From an uncultured bacterium (GTDB lineage Bacteria > Spirochaetota > JAHITG01), in the NCBI GenBank assembly GCA_965373035.1, contig CBDVEP010000001.1, positions 272-64,271 of the forward strand: DNA of 64,000 nucleotides, in the 5' to 3' direction. How positions within the stretch are numbered: the stretch's first letter is position 1; every line of letters starts with the position of its first letter. Both the position numbers and the translations under genes were made by a program. Under the pieces are notes generated by a model. The model was not told the DNA's origin and searched no databases. It saw only the letters and a program-made list of their open reading frames with translations. Positions 60,987 to 64,000 of the stretch are shown in pieces.

Positions 60987-61263
60987 AAAATATTGGAATA
61001 AAACTGCACATGCAACTACTTTCTTCACCTGGTGGGATACGATTTATGAACAATTAGTTAAAAAGCAACCTATTGATAAACCTATTCAACTTTTAAAAGA
61101 TATTGGGAAGAAAATAAAAAAAGCAAGAGAGTATGAGGTTCCCATCACTAATTATGGTGTATGTATTTCTATGGTACAGGGTGTATTGGAAAGAATATTA
61201 TCACTTTTTCCAGCAGCACTTGATGTTTTAAAGAGAAATAAAGTGAAAATAAAAATATCTTGA
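60987..61263 (+). pseudogene. Chimeric gene remnant: N-terminal fragment of the HTH_XRE protein (7609..8103) fused in-frame to the C-terminal fragment of hydF (5435..6682)
   Basis: Translation KTAHATTFFTWWDTIYEQLVKKQPIDKPIQLLKDIGKKIKKARE|YEVPITNYGVCISMVQGVLERILSLFPAALDVLKRNKVKIKIS*. No start codon. Junction at shared ..KKAR-E.. microhomology. Confidence 0.75.
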
Positions 61264-61333
61264 CAAGGAAATATATTATTGTAAATATTTAAGGGATTTT
61301 AAATAATATAAAGGTTTTAAAGGATTAAGGTAA

Positions 61334-64000
61334 TGGAAAAAGGATTATATAACCCAGATTATGAGCATGACAGTTGCGGTGTGGGCTTTGTTGTTAATGT
61401 TAATGGAACTTCTTCTCATCAGATTGTAAGGGATGGAGTAACTATTTTAAAGAATTTAGTTCACAGGGGAGCTGTTGGCGGGGATTTAAAAACCGGTGAT
61501 GGGGCAGGTATGATTCTTCAGATACCTCATGATTTTTTTTTTAATAAAATAAAAAAAATAGGTTTTTCCATTCCTAAAAAAGGAGAATATGGTGTTGGCT
61601 TTCTTTTTTTACCTCAAGAAGAAAAGTCCCGTAAACAGATTGAAGAGATAGTTAAAACTGTCATAAAAAAAGAAGGAGGGACTATCCTCAGATGGCGTGA
61701 TGTTCCTGTTTGTCCTGATTGTCTGGGTGAGATGGCAAGAGATGTTATGCCGTTTATGAAACAGGTTTTTGTCAGTTTTCCCGGACTTGCTGATAAAGAA
61801 TTAGAACGCAAACTTTATATAGTTCGAAAATGTATAGAAAATGCTGCTTTAAAAATGAAATATTCTATTGATGAATTTTATATCCCATCTTTTTCATGTC
61901 AGACTATAACTTATAAAGGTATGTTTGTAGCTCCTCAATTTGAATCTTTTTTCCCTGATCTTATGGATAAAAGGTTTAAAAGTGCCATGGCACTGGTTCA
62001 CCAGCGTTACAGTACAAATACATTCCCTTCATGGCCTTTGGCACAGCCTTTTCGTTATTTAGCTCATAATGGAGAAATTAATACTTTGCGGGGAAATATT
62101 AATAAAATGAATGCCCGTGAATCAACTTTATCATCAGAATTTTTTGGAAAAGATATTAAAAAATTATTTCCTGTAATTATTAAAAATGGCAGTGATTCCG
62201 CCATGTTTGACAATGCTTATGAATTATTAGTATCAGCAGGGAGAAGTGTAGAGCATTCCATGATTATGATGATACCAGAAGCTTTTGGAGTAAAATATCA
62301 TATAAGTACGGACAAACGGTTTTTTTATGAATATCATGCTGCAATTATGGAGCCATGGGATGGGCCTGCTGCCATTGCTTTTACAGATGGAATAAAAATT
62401 GGTGCTATCCTTGATAGAAACGGGCTTCGTCCTGCCCGGTATATTGTAACCAAGAAGGGTGAGTTGATTTTAGCTTCAGAAATTGGGGTGTTGGATATTC
62501 CTCCTGAAGATATTTTAGAAAAAGGCAGGCTTGCTCCCGGAAAAATGATTTTTGTTGATACTTCCATTGGAAGAATTATAAAGGATAATGAGATTAAAGC
62601 ATCAGTATCCAGGCAGAAACCTTACAGGCGCTGGCTGGAGAGAAATAAGATTGAATTAAAAGGTTTATTCCAGACGCCGGTTTCTATTAAAGTGCATAGT
62701 GAAAATTTAATTACAAAGCAGAAAGTTTTTGGTTATTCAATAGAAGATTTAAACATGATACTTTCCCCAATGGCAAAAAATGCCCAGGAACCTATTGGCT
62801 CAATGGGTGATGATGAATCCTTAGGGGTTTTATCAGACCGTCCCCAGCTTTTAACAAAATATTTCAAACAGCTTTTTGCACAGGTAACCAATCCTCCTAT
62901 TGACCCTTACAGGGAGAACCTTGTAATGTCTTTAATGAGTTTTGTAGGAAGAGAAAAGAATCTTCTGGATGAGACTCCCAAGCATTGCCATCAGCTTAAA
63001 CTTTCACATCCAGTTCTTACTAATGAGGACATGGAAAAAATACGGAATATTAATGTTAAAGAATTCAGGGCTGTTGTTATTCCAATGCTTTTTAATAGTA
63101 AAAAAGCAGGTAAAGGACTTGAAAATGCATTAACTGCTTTATGCAAGGATGCAGAGAAAAAAGTTGATCAAGGTTATTCTCTTGTTATTATCAGTGACAG
63201 GAATATGGATAAAGAAAAAGCTCCTACGCCATCGCTTTTAGCTGTTTCTGCTGTTCATCATCATCTTATTAAAGTTGGCAAGAGGCATTTGACAGGTCTG
63301 GTTGTTGAAACAGGAGAAGCAAAGGATGTAATGGATTTCGCTGTTTTAATAGGTTTTGGTGCCAGTGCAATTAATCCATATTTGGCATTTGAAACTTTAG
63401 CTGATTTAAAGGAAAGAGGAAAACTTTCAAAGGATTTAACACTGGAATCAGCCATTGAAAATTATATTACAGCTATTAAAAAAGGTCTTTTAAAGATTAT
63501 GTCAAAAATAGGCGTTTCAACTATTCGGAGTTATAAAGGTGCTCAGATTTTTGAAGCTGTGGGATTAAATTCTGAACTGGTCAACCGGTATTTTCCAGGG
63601 ACACCTTCAAGAATAGAAGGAGTGGGGCTTGAAATTATTGCTAAGGAGACTTTGCTTCGTCATGGAAATGCATTTAATAATGAAAATTATCCGGATAAAC
63701 CACTTGATTCCGGAGGACATTATCATTATAGGAGATTTTCAGAAAAGCATTTATTAACACCGGAAGCTATTGTTCTCATACAAAAGGCTATCAGGGAAAA
63801 TGATTATGATATATATAAAAAATATGCCAATTTAATAAACGAACAAAGCAGAAATCTTTATACATTACGTGGGTTATTTAAGTTTAAGAAAGGAAAGTCA
63901 ATTTCCATAGATGAAGTAGAATCTGTTGAGGCTATTGTAAAAAGATTTGTCAGTTCAGCAATGTCTTTTGGAAGTATAAGTAAAGAGGCACATGAGACAA
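61334..64000 (+). CDS. gltB: Glutamate synthase large subunit GltB (N-terminal amidotransferase and central domains; continues beyond window)
   Basis: MEKGLYNPDYEHDSCGVGFVVNVNG.. (Ntn amidotransferase Cys1), ..LVHQRYSTNTFPSW.. Open to the end of the window. Confidence 0.85.

Overview
This is a very AT-rich window from an anaerobic, nitrogen-fixing bacterium, with Shine-Dalgarno sites and sigma-54 and sigma-70 promoters. It breaks into four blocks.

(1) 1-7.5 kb, housekeeping: a sigma-70-family (RpoH-like) sigma factor, an NrnA-like DHH phosphoesterase, a nfeD-floA-small membrane protein operon, an orphan hydF and an AIM24-family gene.

(2) ~7.6-26.6 kb, a mosaic accessory island: three AbiE-type toxin-antitoxin modules (one canonical, one with a non-canonical HTH_XRE partner, one decayed), a HEPN/MNT pair, two paralogous DUF4143 AAA ATPase genes, a 122-bp MITE-like element with target-site duplication, several gene fragments, and recurring sequence boxes and promoter repeats.

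(3) ~20-49 kb, a nitrogen regulon: an OM porin-amtB-glnK operon, glnA, a double-GAF sigma-54 activator (NifA-like), archaeal-type GOGAT/NfnAB-like genes, and a compact nifH-nifI1-nifI2-nifD-nifK-nifE-nifN-nifB cluster followed by a 2Fe-2S ferredoxin, a DUF364-like protein, a NitT/TauT-type ABC transporter and a GNAT gene. Three near-identical sigma-54 promoters drive nifH, glnA and the amtB operon; two of them have TTGCA-N9-TGCAA upstream palindromes.

(4) 49-64 kb: patatin, uppS, fabH, a TetR-MMPL/RND-LolA-like-beta-barrel lipid-export cluster, ptsP (EI-Ntr with a GAF domain) and the start of gltB. Between ptsP and gltB sits a chimeric pseudogene that joins fragments of two genes from the 5-8 kb region.

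No rRNA, tRNA or CRISPR array was recognised.
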